From a bacterium (GTDB lineage Bacteria > Patescibacteriota > Saccharimonadia > Saccharimonadales > JACDBH01), in NCBI GenBank assembly GCA_029557395.1, contig JAKQIK010000011.1, forward strand, positions 1-42,057: 42,057 nt of DNA. The letters run 5' to 3'. Below, piece by piece: positions 27,097 through 36,760 of this stretch. Position 1 is the first letter of the stretch. Every line of letters begins with the position of its first letter. The position numbers and the translations under genes were made by a program. The notes beneath the pieces are model-generated. The model searched no databases. It had not been told where the DNA came from and saw only the letters and a list, made by a program, of their open reading frames with translations.

Positions 27097-30000
27097 TTAG
27101 ATTTTATTATCTATCAAATCTTGCTCAAACCGAAGAATCCCTTCAATGTCTGAAGAGTAGCCCGAAGTATCAGGCAGATCGTAATTGATTATTTTTTTGT
27201 AGACTGCACGGCTGAGTCTGGCTAGCCTATCTATCTCATTGGTTGATGGCGTGTACTCGCGGATAATATCTTTTGAATTTTCGGCTTCAAGATATTGCAT
27301 TTGACAGGTGATATGCTTCTTTTCATAGAGGGGGTGGTTACTAGCAAGAAGTGCGTAGAAAATTAATTGAGTTTTATGTTTCCATAGTTTGATTTGAATA
27401 GATTTATCTTGGCTAGTGAAGCTACGGAGTGGCGCACCAGTTTTAAAATCTGTAATAAGTAGGCTATTACTGTCTTTATCTACGATAATATGATCGAGTT
27501 TGCCATCGATAATAGCTCCACCGATATCAATGCCTTGTAGTTTTTGTTCTGGCGTCCCACCCTCTGGCAGAATTACTAATTGCTCACCAAATAATCTGTC
27601 CAATAAATCTAATCCATGAGGTTTCCAGCGATCTAATTCTGCTGGTAATATGGGTTCTTTGTCTAATTCAGATATAAAATATGATTTGATATTTTCTAAT
27701 TCAAAATCACCACGATTTATTAGTCTTTGGGCTAACTCAAGCGCACTATGTATAGCTGTACCAAAAGCCAAAGAAGTAGTCCGTGCGCCTGGCAGACGTA
27801 GGAGATTTCTTTCGAGGAAATAATCTGGCCCTCCCTTGGAAATATCCAAAAAGTTCATAAGAGAAGTTACATTTAACGAAAACTCATCTAAGATCGGTAA
27901 AAGCAATTGTTTGGCATCGGTCGTCTGAAGAATGGGCCATTTTATATTTGTCTCTAATACGCTAGCAGTGTCTGGTAGGTTGGCTGTGAGTATTTCTTTG
28001 ATTTGCATAGCAGGATATATTAGTGGAGTTGCGACAACATCCTCGCTGGCTGAGTCTAGCCGATAGCTAGTGACGATAATATTCTGTTTTGCTCTCGTGG
28101 TTGCAACATACATTAGCCTTACGTAATCATCCATATCATCACCATAAGGTTGGAGTGGTAAATTTGCGGGGGTGTTTGAACCTTTGTTTTTTGGTCGCCA
28201 CTCTTTTTCGATTGCGTCAATAATATAAACTGTATCAAATTCTAACCCTTTAGCTTTGTGTACAGTTAATAGCTGTACTGCATTATTTGAAGTAACAAAT
28301 ACCGATTCATCAGCTATAGTCAGATTGTTTTGAAGGTGTAAATCAATAAATTGAATAAAATTTGCCAAGCTTACGTGCTGACCTGCTGTAAACTCACTGA
28401 CGGTATGACGTAGCTTTTGTACAGCAGATAGCGCCTCTATGTACTCAGTCTGCGCAGGCCTGGCATCAATAAAATATTGTCTAAACGGACTCGTGAACTT
28501 ATCGTTATTACGTAGTCCAATGATGTAGTCAAGTAATATTTCTAGGCGTAGCTCCCTGCTCTGTTGGCTTAACCACATCAACCACTCTCCAATCGACTTG
28601 AGATGACTCTCGGTATGATCCAATAGACTATCTAGCCAACGAGGCTTATAACGATTGTCGATAGCTAATTGCCATAGTATTCGTGTATCTATTTGCCACA
28701 TAGGATGTCCTATCACGATGGCAATGTTTTGGTTTACTATTGACTCCTCGCCGTCGTTGATAGCCTGAATAATACGACAGATTGCTATTATTTGCTGTAT
28801 AGCTACATGATCTAGAATATTATTTTGTTTTTCATAATTAATTGGGATCTCATGTTTATTTAACTCCCCTGCTAACGTTTGGAGTGACTCGTGTCTGCGG
28901 GCTAATACGGCAATGCTTGTATCTTTCTTGAAGTCTTGTTTTATTTGTTTAGCGATGTCATATAACTGGTATTCCCTTGACGGGTAAGATTTATGGATAA
29001 TTTGACCAGTAATTTTTGGTGGATTCTGTGCTGTGAGATTCTTTGAAATAGAAGGGTCACGTGTGACCAATCTATCTTCTGCCAGTTCTATGATTTGCTT
29101 GGAAACATCTAGTATTTGTTGGGATGACCGAAAGTTTTCTTCTAGTACTATTACCCTTGTATCTGGATATGAACGCTGAAAGCCAAGCATGTTGTTTAGC
29201 TCTGCGCCATTAAACTTATAGATAGATTGATCATCGTCACCAACGACCATCAGATTTGGTCTACCATCATCGAGGGGGTGACTAGCTATCATATGAGCTA
29301 ATCTCATCTGAGCAGCATTACTATCTTGGAACTCATCAATCATTATATATTGATAACGTTCTTGAATATCACTGAGCATCGCCGGTTGGCTCTGTAATTG
29401 GGATATTACTTCGATCAGCATGTCTGAGTAGTCGTAGTAGCCACGCTTGTGAAGCTCACTACGATATTGAGTGTAAACATCTGCCAGATTTAACCACCAA
29501 TTATTCGCCCTACGTTGTTTGTGCATACCCTTGACGCTTTGTTCAGACTGTATGAATCTATTACGCCATAAACCAGTGTGTTTAGTTTTGCCTGTACCTG
29601 AATCTTGTTGGATCGCACTGGCTAAATCTTCTTTTATCACTGTACTCAGAGATAGCAATGGCGCAACTAATTCATCGATATTTTGATTTGGTAATAAATC
29701 AACATCTTGACGAAGCTGATCGAGGTGTTTGTAGCTGAGTCGGGCCGGAAGTATGTCAATTAACTGATCTTCTATTAAATCGATGTATGCCAAGTTTACC
29801 TCTATGATTGCTTTTAGTTTTTCCGGAGTTAGTCCGGCTTCTTTTGTTAATTTTAGTGCTTTTTGGACACGAGAGATTGAGGTGTAGTTGCCCGCAAACT
29901 TGACAGCCAGTGGATTGTCTAATGGCAGTCTGCTTAAAATCCCCTCGATTATGTCGGTTTGTACAGCATCTGGTGCAGTTGCGAGCTTGGCACCATTCCA

Positions 30001-30318
30001 AAAATAATCTGGATACTCATTCATGATTTCCGCTGAAAGGCTATGAAAAGTTTTGACATTTACCTGTAGCGAGTCCGACCCAATCAAATTTTGTAGCCGG
30101 TTGCGCATATTCGTTGCAGCTTTGTTAGTAAAGGTCAAACAAAGTATGTTGCTAGAATTGGCATCTGTTTGTTTCAGGATTTGAGCAACTCTCATGCTAA
30201 GTAATTGCGTCTTGCCTGTGCCTGGACCCGCAATAACCAGTAGTGGTCCATCGATGTACTCAACAGCTTCACGCTGTTTGTCTGTGAGCTGGTCAAACAC
30301 TTGTTCGTATAAGTTCAT
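27097..30318 (-). CDS. UvrD/Rep-family SF1 helicase fused to a C-terminal RecB-type PD-(D/E)xK nuclease (AddA/AdnB-like)
   Basis: Helicase motifs AGPGTGKT, DEFQD, VGDDDQSIY, ENFRS, TVHKAKGLEFD and YVATTRAK. Nuclease motifs IDGKLDHII, ITDFKTG and QLIFYAL. AAGGA SD. Confidence 0.92.
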   Translation of the reverse strand: MNLYEQVFDQLTDKQREAVEYIDGPLLVIAGPGTGKTQLLSMRVAQILKQTDANSSNILCLTFTNKAATNMRNRLQNLIGSDSLQVNVKTFHSLSAEIMNEYPDYFWNGAKLATAPDAVQTDIIEGILSRLPLDNPLAVKFAGNYTSISRVQKALKLTKEAGLTPEKLKAIIEVNLAYIDLIEDQLIDILPARLSYKHLDQLRQDVDLLPNQNIDELVAPLLSLSTVIKEDLASAIQQDSGTGKTKHTGLWRNRFIQSEQSVKGMHKQRRANNWWLNLADVYTQYRSELHKRGYYDYSDMLIEVISQLQSQPAMLSDIQERYQYIMIDEFQDSNAAQMRLAHMIASHPLDDGRPNLMVVGDDDQSIYKFNGAELNNMLGFQRSYPDTRVIVLEENFRSSQQILDVSKQIIELAEDRLVTRDPSISKNLTAQNPPKITGQIIHKSYPSREYQLYDIAKQIKQDFKKDTSIAVLARRHESLQTLAGELNKHEIPINYEKQNNILDHVAIQQIIAICRIIQAINDGEESIVNQNIAIVIGHPMWQIDTRILWQLAIDNRYKPRWLDSLLDHTESHLKSIGEWLMWLSQQSRELRLEILLDYIIGLRNNDKFTSPFRQYFIDARPAQTEYIEALSAVQKLRHTVSEFTAGQHVSLANFIQFIDLHLQNNLTIADESVFVTSNNAVQLLTVHKAKGLEFDTVYIIDAIEKEWRPKNKGSNTPANLPLQPYGDDMDDYVRLMYVATTRAKQNIIVTSYRLDSASEDVVATPLIYPAMQIKEILTANLPDTASVLETNIKWPILQTTDAKQLLLPILDEFSLNVTSLMNFLDISKGGPDYFLERNLLRLPGARTTSLAFGTAIHSALELAQRLINRGDFELENIKSYFISELDKEPILPAELDRWKPHGLDLLDRLFGEQLVILPEGGTPEQKLQGIDIGGAIIDGKLDHIIVDKDSNSLLITDFKTGAPLRSFTSQDKSIQIKLWKHKTQLIFYALLASNHPLYEKKHITCQMQYLEAENSKDIIREYTPSTNEIDRLARLSRAVYKKIINYDLPDTSGYSSDIEGILRFEQDLIDNKI

Positions 30319-30391
30319 AAATATCCTTCTTGCTATATTCTATCCTGTCCGGGGCTGACAGAACAGTCTATATTACATTATGGATTCTATT

Positions 30392-30802
30392 CTATGCAAG
30401 TGTTTTTAGATAAATCATCTCGTTAAATAATTGCATTGGGTCACTGCTCAAGTTTATCTGTCTAAAGCAGTCCTGCGCTCGGTGATACTTTAGAATCTCT
30501 TTTTCATCAGCAGAGATACTACTGTCAAACCACAGAAATGGTGTTTTGAAATCAATAGCGTCAGTTTTGAACTCGTCCCACTGGGTTGGTTGGATACTTT
30601 CGATGATCTGTATACTATTTTTTCTTCTAAGCAGTGGTCTTATTATGTCTGGAGCTTTGTTTTGGCCATGCCAACAATAGCTACTTAGCCAATATGTTGA
30701 AAATCGCCAGCTTGCAAATACTTGGGCCAGAAAAGGTTCGGCAAATTCAGCTAGGGTATTTTCTTGCATTAGTACACCATTAATATCCAGATATATATTC
30801 AT
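30392..30802 (-). CDS. Small HAD-like protein with an atypical motif I (DINGV)
   Basis: MNIYLDINGVLM..., LSSYCW and LWFDSS resemble stand-alone HAD-like modules. The stop of the MFS gene lies 1 nt upstream of its start. Confidence 0.5.
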   Translation of the reverse strand: MNIYLDINGVLMQENTLAEFAEPFLAQVFASWRFSTYWLSSYCWHGQNKAPDIIRPLLRRKNSIQIIESIQPTQWDEFKTDAIDFKTPFLWFDSSISADEKEILKYHRAQDCFRQINLSSDPMQLFNEMIYLKTLA

Positions 30803-30803
30803 A

Positions 30804-31967
30804 TTACCTATGACGAATCCTTGTGCTTAGAGGTGACATAATTAATGATTGAAGTGGTGTCAACAAAGCAGATATTATTAAGATAATGGATATAGTAGTG
30901 CTCTGGTCAAAGAAAAGTGAAAATGTATAAGCTAAATACCAAAAAATAATAGAGCTAACGATAGCTAATATCTGCATGTTTCGTATGTATCTCGTGGCAC
31001 CAAATTTTTTGGCATGAATATAAAATTGCGACAAGAAGGCTGGGCTTTTGATGGCCTGGGCTAGGCTCATCAGCATATTTATTCCATAGGCCACAGAGAG
31101 GGTCCTCGTAAAAATCCTGCAAAATCCAATGGTACCTGCCAAAAAATTACCAACATTGATTAATGGCTCTCTAGAACCTTTGTCACTGAGTGCACCTGAT
31201 AGTTTTGTAACAAGGATAGTTACCGCCATACCTGCGGCCATAATGAAGCCCACACTCTCAACACTCCCAAATAATAGATATAAAAAGATTGGCCAAATCA
31301 GTAGGGTTCTAGCTTCAAACGTACTAGCGAAGTATGCAAGAGCGTGTTTGGTTGTAAATTTGTAATTTGTCTTTTTCGGCTTAGCGTAGCGAATATCTGG
31401 TGACTTAAATAAGGGGTATATAGCTAGAACTATAAATATAGCAGAAGTTATAAGTACATAATTTATACCAAATTTCTCACCTATATATCCGCCGAGCAGA
31501 GGAGATAACGCACCAGTAATATATACCAATATGATTGATAAACCTACATTTTTGCCTAAGTTTTTTGTATCAAATACACCACAAGATATTAGATGCCTAG
31601 CATTCCAGTAGATTTCGTTGGCAAGCCCCATCATTATCATGCCAAGAGCGATACCAATCGTGGTATTTGCTTGTATTACCAAAAACCCTATGCCAACAAT
31701 TCCAAGCACATAGCTCAGGGCTAGCAATAATTTTATGCCAAACCTTGTTAGGGAGTAGAAAAAAATATTTCCAAATATCCGTACAGAGTTTAGCAGGATA
31801 AAAAATAGGCATGTTTCAGTAAAACTATAGCCTAGTTTTAGAATATAAATCGGCAAAAAAATTTGCAAAAAATTAAACCCAAAAGACTGTAGACTTATGG
31901 ACGTAAAAAATTCACTCTTTTTGGTCCACTTATGGTTGAGTGGCCACGATGGATGTGTAATATGCAT
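30804..31967 (-). CDS. MFS-type transporter
   Basis: About 12 hydrophobic helices. I prefer the ATG at 31967 (MHITHPSW), because the ORF-track start at 32042 would overlap queA. Confidence 0.75.
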   Translation of the reverse strand: MHITHPSWPLNHKWTKKSEFFTSISLQSFGFNFLQIFLPIYILKLGYSFTETCLFFILLNSVRIFGNIFFYSLTRFGIKLLLALSYVLGIVGIGFLVIQANTTIGIALGMIMMGLANEIYWNARHLISCGVFDTKNLGKNVGLSIILVYITGALSPLLGGYIGEKFGINYVLITSAIFIVLAIYPLFKSPDIRYAKPKKTNYKFTTKHALAYFASTFEARTLLIWPIFLYLLFGSVESVGFIMAAGMAVTILVTKLSGALSDKGSREPLINVGNFLAGTIGFCRIFTRTLSVAYGINMLMSLAQAIKSPAFLSQFYIHAKKFGATRYIRNMQILAIVSSIIFWYLAYTFSLFFDQSTTISIILIISALLTPLQSLIMSPLSTRIRHR

Positions 31968-32040
31968 TAGCTCTATTGTAAACAGTTTATACCTTATATC
32001 AAAACTTCCTTTTTCTACGTAGATAGCAGTGCTATACTGC

Positions 32041-33048
32041 ATGACGTCAATGTATTACTTCAAACTACCGAAAGAACTAATTGCTCAAAAGCCAGCTAGT
32101 CCGCGCGACAGTGCGCGATTATTGGTATATAGGTTATTGGATGGTTCGATAACTGATGTAGTTTTCCGTGATCTGGATCAATATCTACCTAGTGATACTA
32201 CCCTGGCTTTAAATAACAGCAAGGTAGAAAATTGCCGTTGGTTATTTGAAGGTAATATAGAAGTCTTTGTACTCGAAAAAAATGACCCAACAACTATTAG
32301 GGCGATGGTACGGCCGGGTAATAAATTTCGTAAGGATAGCAAACTACGTATAAATAGTTGGCTGACATTTGAAACTGTTGATATAGATAGCGAAGGGATT
32401 AGAACTCTTTGCTTGTCAGTTGATCATGACGACCCTCGACTGGTAGAGTTCGAACATATCCCCTTGCCTCCATATATCGCTCAGGATGATAGTCTGGCAG
32501 ATGAATATCAAACGGTGTATGCAAGGCTCTTGGGCAGTCTTGCGGCGCCAACAGCTGGATTACACTTCACTGGTGAATTATTAAAAAAGATTGGTCAAAA
32601 AAATAATATAGCCGAACTTACCTTGCATGTAGGGCTGGGCACATTTGCAAAGCTAACAGATGAAAACATAAAAAGTGGTAAACTGCATGAAGAGTATTAT
32701 TCTATTGACGAGCCTAACAAATCAAAACTTAAAAACGCAGATCATATAACTGCTGTCGGTACGACTTCAATCCGGACATTGGAATCAGCAGATTATAACT
32801 TGAACTTGCCAGCAGGCTTTACAGATATTTTTATTAGACCCGGTTATCAATTTAAAAAGGTTGATGCAGTTATTACTAATTTTCACTTGCCTAGCACCAG
32901 TTTATTAATGTTAGTTACCGCATTCTTGGCTGATAAGCTTCAGCTTGACGAGATTTCGGCAGAAGCTGAACTTATGCGTATCTACCAGCACGCTATCAAC
33001 AACAAGTATCATTTTTATTCGTTTGGTGATGCTATGATGATTGTCTAA
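32041..33048 (+). CDS. queA: S-adenosylmethionine:tRNA ribosyltransferase-isomerase
   Basis: YYFKLPKELIAQKPASPRDSARLLV, TAGLHFT, AVGTTSIRTLES, NFHLPSTSLLMLV. The start is ambiguous between 32041 and 32050; the ORF track uses GTG 32029. Confidence 0.92.
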   Translation: MTSMYYFKLPKELIAQKPASPRDSARLLVYRLLDGSITDVVFRDLDQYLPSDTTLALNNSKVENCRWLFEGNIEVFVLEKNDPTTIRAMVRPGNKFRKDSKLRINSWLTFETVDIDSEGIRTLCLSVDHDDPRLVEFEHIPLPPYIAQDDSLADEYQTVYARLLGSLAAPTAGLHFTGELLKKIGQKNNIAELTLHVGLGTFAKLTDENIKSGKLHEEYYSIDEPNKSKLKNADHITAVGTTSIRTLESADYNLNLPAGFTDIFIRPGYQFKKVDAVITNFHLPSTSLLMLVTAFLADKLQLDEISAEAELMRIYQHAINNKYHFYSFGDAMMIV

Positions 33049-33113
33049 AATCTCATTGTACGAGCAAAGAGTTGGTAGTATTATCGTAATATTAACTAGT
33101 GGAGGCTTAACAG

Positions 33114-33722
33114 ATGGATATATTTATTAAATTAGAAGAATATTTAGAACCATATTTTGCTAGGTTACCACAGTTATCAAAAGATACCAGGCGATTATTG
33201 GCAGACGTTTGGCCCTGGCTAACTTTGTTTGTGGGTGTCATGCAAGTGTTGTCGGCTTGGTGGTTATTCCAGTGGGCTCAAAAGATCGATATGTATACAG
33301 ATGTCGTTAAGAATTTATCTACTTCCTATGGCATACCGGCTAGCAAGACGGGCGTGACATTCTTTGCTTGGGTGGCGGTAGGTATGCTATTGATAAACGG
33401 TGTAATATTACTAATTGCTTTTCCTAAATTACTCAAGAAACAATTAGGTGGTTGGAGATTACTCTTTTTGGTGGTAGTTATCAATCTGGCCTATGGTTTG
33501 GTAGCAACATTTATTGACGGTCGTGGGGGTATAGTAAACTTTTTGGGCGCTGTACTCGGTTCGGCTATTGCTACATACCTTCTATTTCAAATCAGAGAAC
33601 ATTATGGTGGGAAAGGGTTTAAATCTATTTCTTCAAAAAAAGTTAAGATTGACAAAGATTCGTCAAAAACCAAGCCAAGTTCTAGCGCTGATTCTGTAGC
33701 TAAGAAAGATAAAACAAAATAG
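33114..33722 (+). CDS. Hypothetical membrane protein with a Lys/Ser-rich C-terminal tail
   Basis: ORF track; GGAGG SD; four hydrophobic helices. Confidence 0.7.
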   Translation: MDIFIKLEEYLEPYFARLPQLSKDTRRLLADVWPWLTLFVGVMQVLSAWWLFQWAQKIDMYTDVVKNLSTSYGIPASKTGVTFFAWVAVGMLLINGVILLIAFPKLLKKQLGGWRLLFLVVVINLAYGLVATFIDGRGGIVNFLGAVLGSAIATYLLFQIREHYGGKGFKSISSKKVKIDKDSSKTKPSSSADSVAKKDKTK

Positions 33723-33734
33723 TTAGACGATGAT

Positions 33735-34934
33735 TTAGTCTATGGCATTCACTTTAGTGGCGCAGACCAAACAGTTGTCTTCCTTTATACGATCCGCCAT
33801 AGTTCTATTGGAAGCTTTCCACCATGGCTCAATATCTCGATAGCCTATCCAGTCAGCACCTTTTCTGAGTAACCAGCCTAATTTGCCATAAAAATGCATT
33901 CCACCCCATACAACGATAGCCCAATTCTTTCCAACGGGTGTAATATAAATTGGTTTTTTCGGCTTGTAAGCCTTGGGGTCTTTGCCCTCCATGTATCTGA
34001 CTAAATTTTTTGTTACATAGTTTGCGTCGTGTAGTGCTGTTTGAGCCATGCCGGTATATTTAGTATCAGCATTATCACCTATGACGAAAACACCAGGCCA
34101 TGCTTGCATCAACTGGTCCACTTTTACGCGACCATTGTCAGACAAAATAAAGTGATTATCTTTGAAAAAGCTATTATTTGCAATGCCTGCCGTCCAAATA
34201 ACTGTCTTTGTCTTTATGGGTTTGCCATCAAGTAGTAATGTGTCGGCTGATTCGGCTTGGACTGGCTTTTTGAAAACGAGTTGAACGCCAAGATGTCTAA
34301 GTCGTCGGGCTAATACCCTAGAAACACTATGAGGCATACGTGGCATTAGTCGCGGGGCTGCTTCTATAAGCATAACTTTTGGCTTTGAACGTCCACGAAT
34401 GCCGTGTTGTTTACGCAAGTATTTGATGTACTCGGGCAATGCTCCGGCAATCTCAATGCCTGTTGGACCCCCACCTATGACAACGTAGCGATCTTCGCGG
34501 TGAATAGGATCCATAAGATTCTTATGGAGGTGAGTTTTGAGTATCTCTGCATCTTTTAATGATTTTATGCCAAATGAGTATTTGTCCATGCCTTTGATAC
34601 CAAAGTAATTTGTTGTCGTGCCTAACGCAAAAATAATTGCGTCATAATCTATTATTTGACCACTGGCAAGCTTGAGGGTTTTTTTGCCACGATTAATTTT
34701 GATGGCTTTATCAATAATTATTTCGATTCTTTTGCCTGCAAATAGTTCGCCCAATGGAATAGTAGATACTACTTTGCTTCCACCGGAGGCCGTGTGATAC
34801 ATCATTGGATAATATTCAAAAAATGGCTTATCAGCCACGAGCGTAACCTTGAAATATGAATATTTTGATAACTCCAGCGCAGATTTGATACCGCCAAAAC
34901 CACCACCCACGACAACTATTTCTTGTTTTTTCAT
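33735..34934 (-). CDS. ndh: Type II NADH dehydrogenase (NDH-2), FAD-dependent
   Basis: VVVGGGFGGIKSA and a second dinucleotide fold VVIGGGPTGIE; about 400 aa. Confidence 0.88.
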   Translation of the reverse strand: MKKQEIVVVGGGFGGIKSALELSKYSYFKVTLVADKPFFEYYPMMYHTASGGSKVVSTIPLGELFAGKRIEIIIDKAIKINRGKKTLKLASGQIIDYDAIIFALGTTTNYFGIKGMDKYSFGIKSLKDAEILKTHLHKNLMDPIHREDRYVVIGGGPTGIEIAGALPEYIKYLRKQHGIRGRSKPKVMLIEAAPRLMPRMPHSVSRVLARRLRHLGVQLVFKKPVQAESADTLLLDGKPIKTKTVIWTAGIANNSFFKDNHFILSDNGRVKVDQLMQAWPGVFVIGDNADTKYTGMAQTALHDANYVTKNLVRYMEGKDPKAYKPKKPIYITPVGKNWAIVVWGGMHFYGKLGWLLRKGADWIGYRDIEPWWKASNRTMADRIKEDNCLVCATKVNAID

Positions 34935-35073
34935 ATATTTATTAGATTCAGCCTAGCTCTTTGATTATTTTATTGATGATAACTACCGTTTATTATAAAC
35001 ATAAACGAAACTTAAGTCCAAGTCATCTTGCTTGTGTTTAATAATAGATGCTATTATGTGGTTAAGGAAAAAT

Positions 35074-36729
35074 ATGAAAAAATTTATAGAAACATTAAAA
35101 GGTGCGGGTTTTGATGGCAAAGTAGATGATTCTGCATCTACAAGGGATTTTTATAGTCATGATGCATCTCTGTTTGAAATTAAGCCGGAGATTGTCGTTC
35201 ATCCAAAAGACTCTAATGATGTCAAGACTTTAGTTCGGGCTGTACTTAAAGCTAGGCCTGAAAACCCAAAACTTAGTATTACTGCTAGGAGCGCTGGTAC
35301 CGATATGTCTGGCGGAGCTATCAACGAGTCTATCATTGCTGATTTTACTACCCATTTTGATAAGATTATTAATTTGAATAAGACTTCTGCGCGTGTTCAG
35401 CCTGGTGTTTATTATCGGGACTTTGAAAAAGAGTCATTAGCTGTGGACGCTCTACTACCTTCTTATCCAGCATCCAAGGATCTGTGTACAATAGGCGGTA
35501 TGGTCAACAATAATTCTGGTGGTGAGAAATCGCTTGAATTTGGAAAAACTGATAATTTCGTTAAAGAATTGAAGGTAGTGCTATCAGACGGTAATGAATA
35601 CACTGTAAAACCACTAAGTCGAAAAGAACTTGAAACAAAAATGAAACAAGATAACTTCGAGGGGGAGCTATACAAGAAGACTTTTGAGCTACTCGAAGAT
35701 AATTATGATTTACTACAAGCTGCCAGACCGAGGGTAAGTAAAGATTCAACCGGCTACCATCTGTGGGATATTTGGAACCGTGAAACAGAAATATTTGATT
35801 TAACAAAATTATTTGTTGGTGCTCAAGGAACGCTTGGGTTAACTACCGAAACTAAGTTTGATCTTGTTAAAGCACCAAAAAACTCCGGAACTTTAGTTAT
35901 ATTTTTGCGTAAATTAGATAATCTTGGCAATATTATTAATGAAGTGATGAAGCATAAGCCTGCTACCTTTGAAGGTTTTGATAACTACACTCTGATGTTG
36001 AGTTTTAAGCTATTTTTCTCTTTTCACAAATTACTTGGTTGGCCTGAAACGATTAAATTGGCCTTTCAACTTATCCCTAATGCCCTAATGCTTTTTAAGG
36101 GAGTGCCAAAAATGGTACTACTTGTTGAATTTAATGGTGATACACCCGAGGAAGTGGCTCAAAAAGTTCACGATCTAAGGATGGACTTGTCTGGATATAA
36201 TCATGAGTCTGTTTTTGAAGAAGATGAGAACGAGATGAAAGCTCGCAAGTTTTGGATTATGCGTCGGGCTAGTTTCAAGCTTCTAAGAGAAAAGGTCAAG
36301 GACAAACACACCGCTCCCTATATAGATGATTTGATTGTGAATCCAGAATATTTGCCTGAGTTTTTGCCAAAACTGCGTAAAATTTTAAATAAGTATAAGC
36401 TACTTGCTACTATCGCTGGGCATATGGGTGACGGGAATTTTCATGTTATCCCTTTGATGAAACTAGAAGATAAAAAAGAGCGTGCCAAGCTAGAACCAAG
36501 CATGAGAGAGGTCAACGAATTAATCTTGAAGTACGGAGGTAGCTTGAGCGGCGAGCATAATGACGGTTTGGTGCGTGGTCCATGGCTTGAAGAGATGTAT
36601 GGCAAAAAAGTCGTTAAACTTTTTAAGGAAGTAAAAAATATCTATGACCCGGACAATATTTTTAACCCACATAAAAAGGCCGATGCGACTTGGGATTATT
36701 CATTTAGTCATGTTAGAGAAAGTTTCTGA
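35074..36729 (+). CDS. FAD-linked oxidase (GlcD/D-lactate dehydrogenase family)
   Basis: PCMH-type FAD domain (ITARSAGTDMSGGAI) and a C-terminal GGSLSGEHNDGL...IFNPHK. I prefer the ATG at 35074, with AAGGAAA upstream. The ORF track starts at TTG 35032. Confidence 0.88.
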   Translation: MKKFIETLKGAGFDGKVDDSASTRDFYSHDASLFEIKPEIVVHPKDSNDVKTLVRAVLKARPENPKLSITARSAGTDMSGGAINESIIADFTTHFDKIINLNKTSARVQPGVYYRDFEKESLAVDALLPSYPASKDLCTIGGMVNNNSGGEKSLEFGKTDNFVKELKVVLSDGNEYTVKPLSRKELETKMKQDNFEGELYKKTFELLEDNYDLLQAARPRVSKDSTGYHLWDIWNRETEIFDLTKLFVGAQGTLGLTTETKFDLVKAPKNSGTLVIFLRKLDNLGNIINEVMKHKPATFEGFDNYTLMLSFKLFFSFHKLLGWPETIKLAFQLIPNALMLFKGVPKMVLLVEFNGDTPEEVAQKVHDLRMDLSGYNHESVFEEDENEMKARKFWIMRRASFKLLREKVKDKHTAPYIDDLIVNPEYLPEFLPKLRKILNKYKLLATIAGHMGDGNFHVIPLMKLEDKKERAKLEPSMREVNELILKYGGSLSGEHNDGLVRGPWLEEMYGKKVVKLFKEVKNIYDPDNIFNPHKKADATWDYSFSHVRESF

Positions 36730-36760
36730 CCCTAAACTATACCAATCTCATCCATCGAGC

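Noticed and set aside
30344-30360. GC-rich hairpin CTGTC-CGGGGCT-GACAG between the HAD-like gene and the helicase gene
   Set aside because: It has a 5-bp stem and no U-tract on the transcribed strand, so it could be chance. It is not repeated elsewhere in the window.
31968-32042. 25-codon N-terminal extension of the MFS ORF overlapping queA
   Set aside because: It would overlap the queA start region on the other strand and leave no room for divergent promoters. The ATG at 31967 still precedes the first TM helix.
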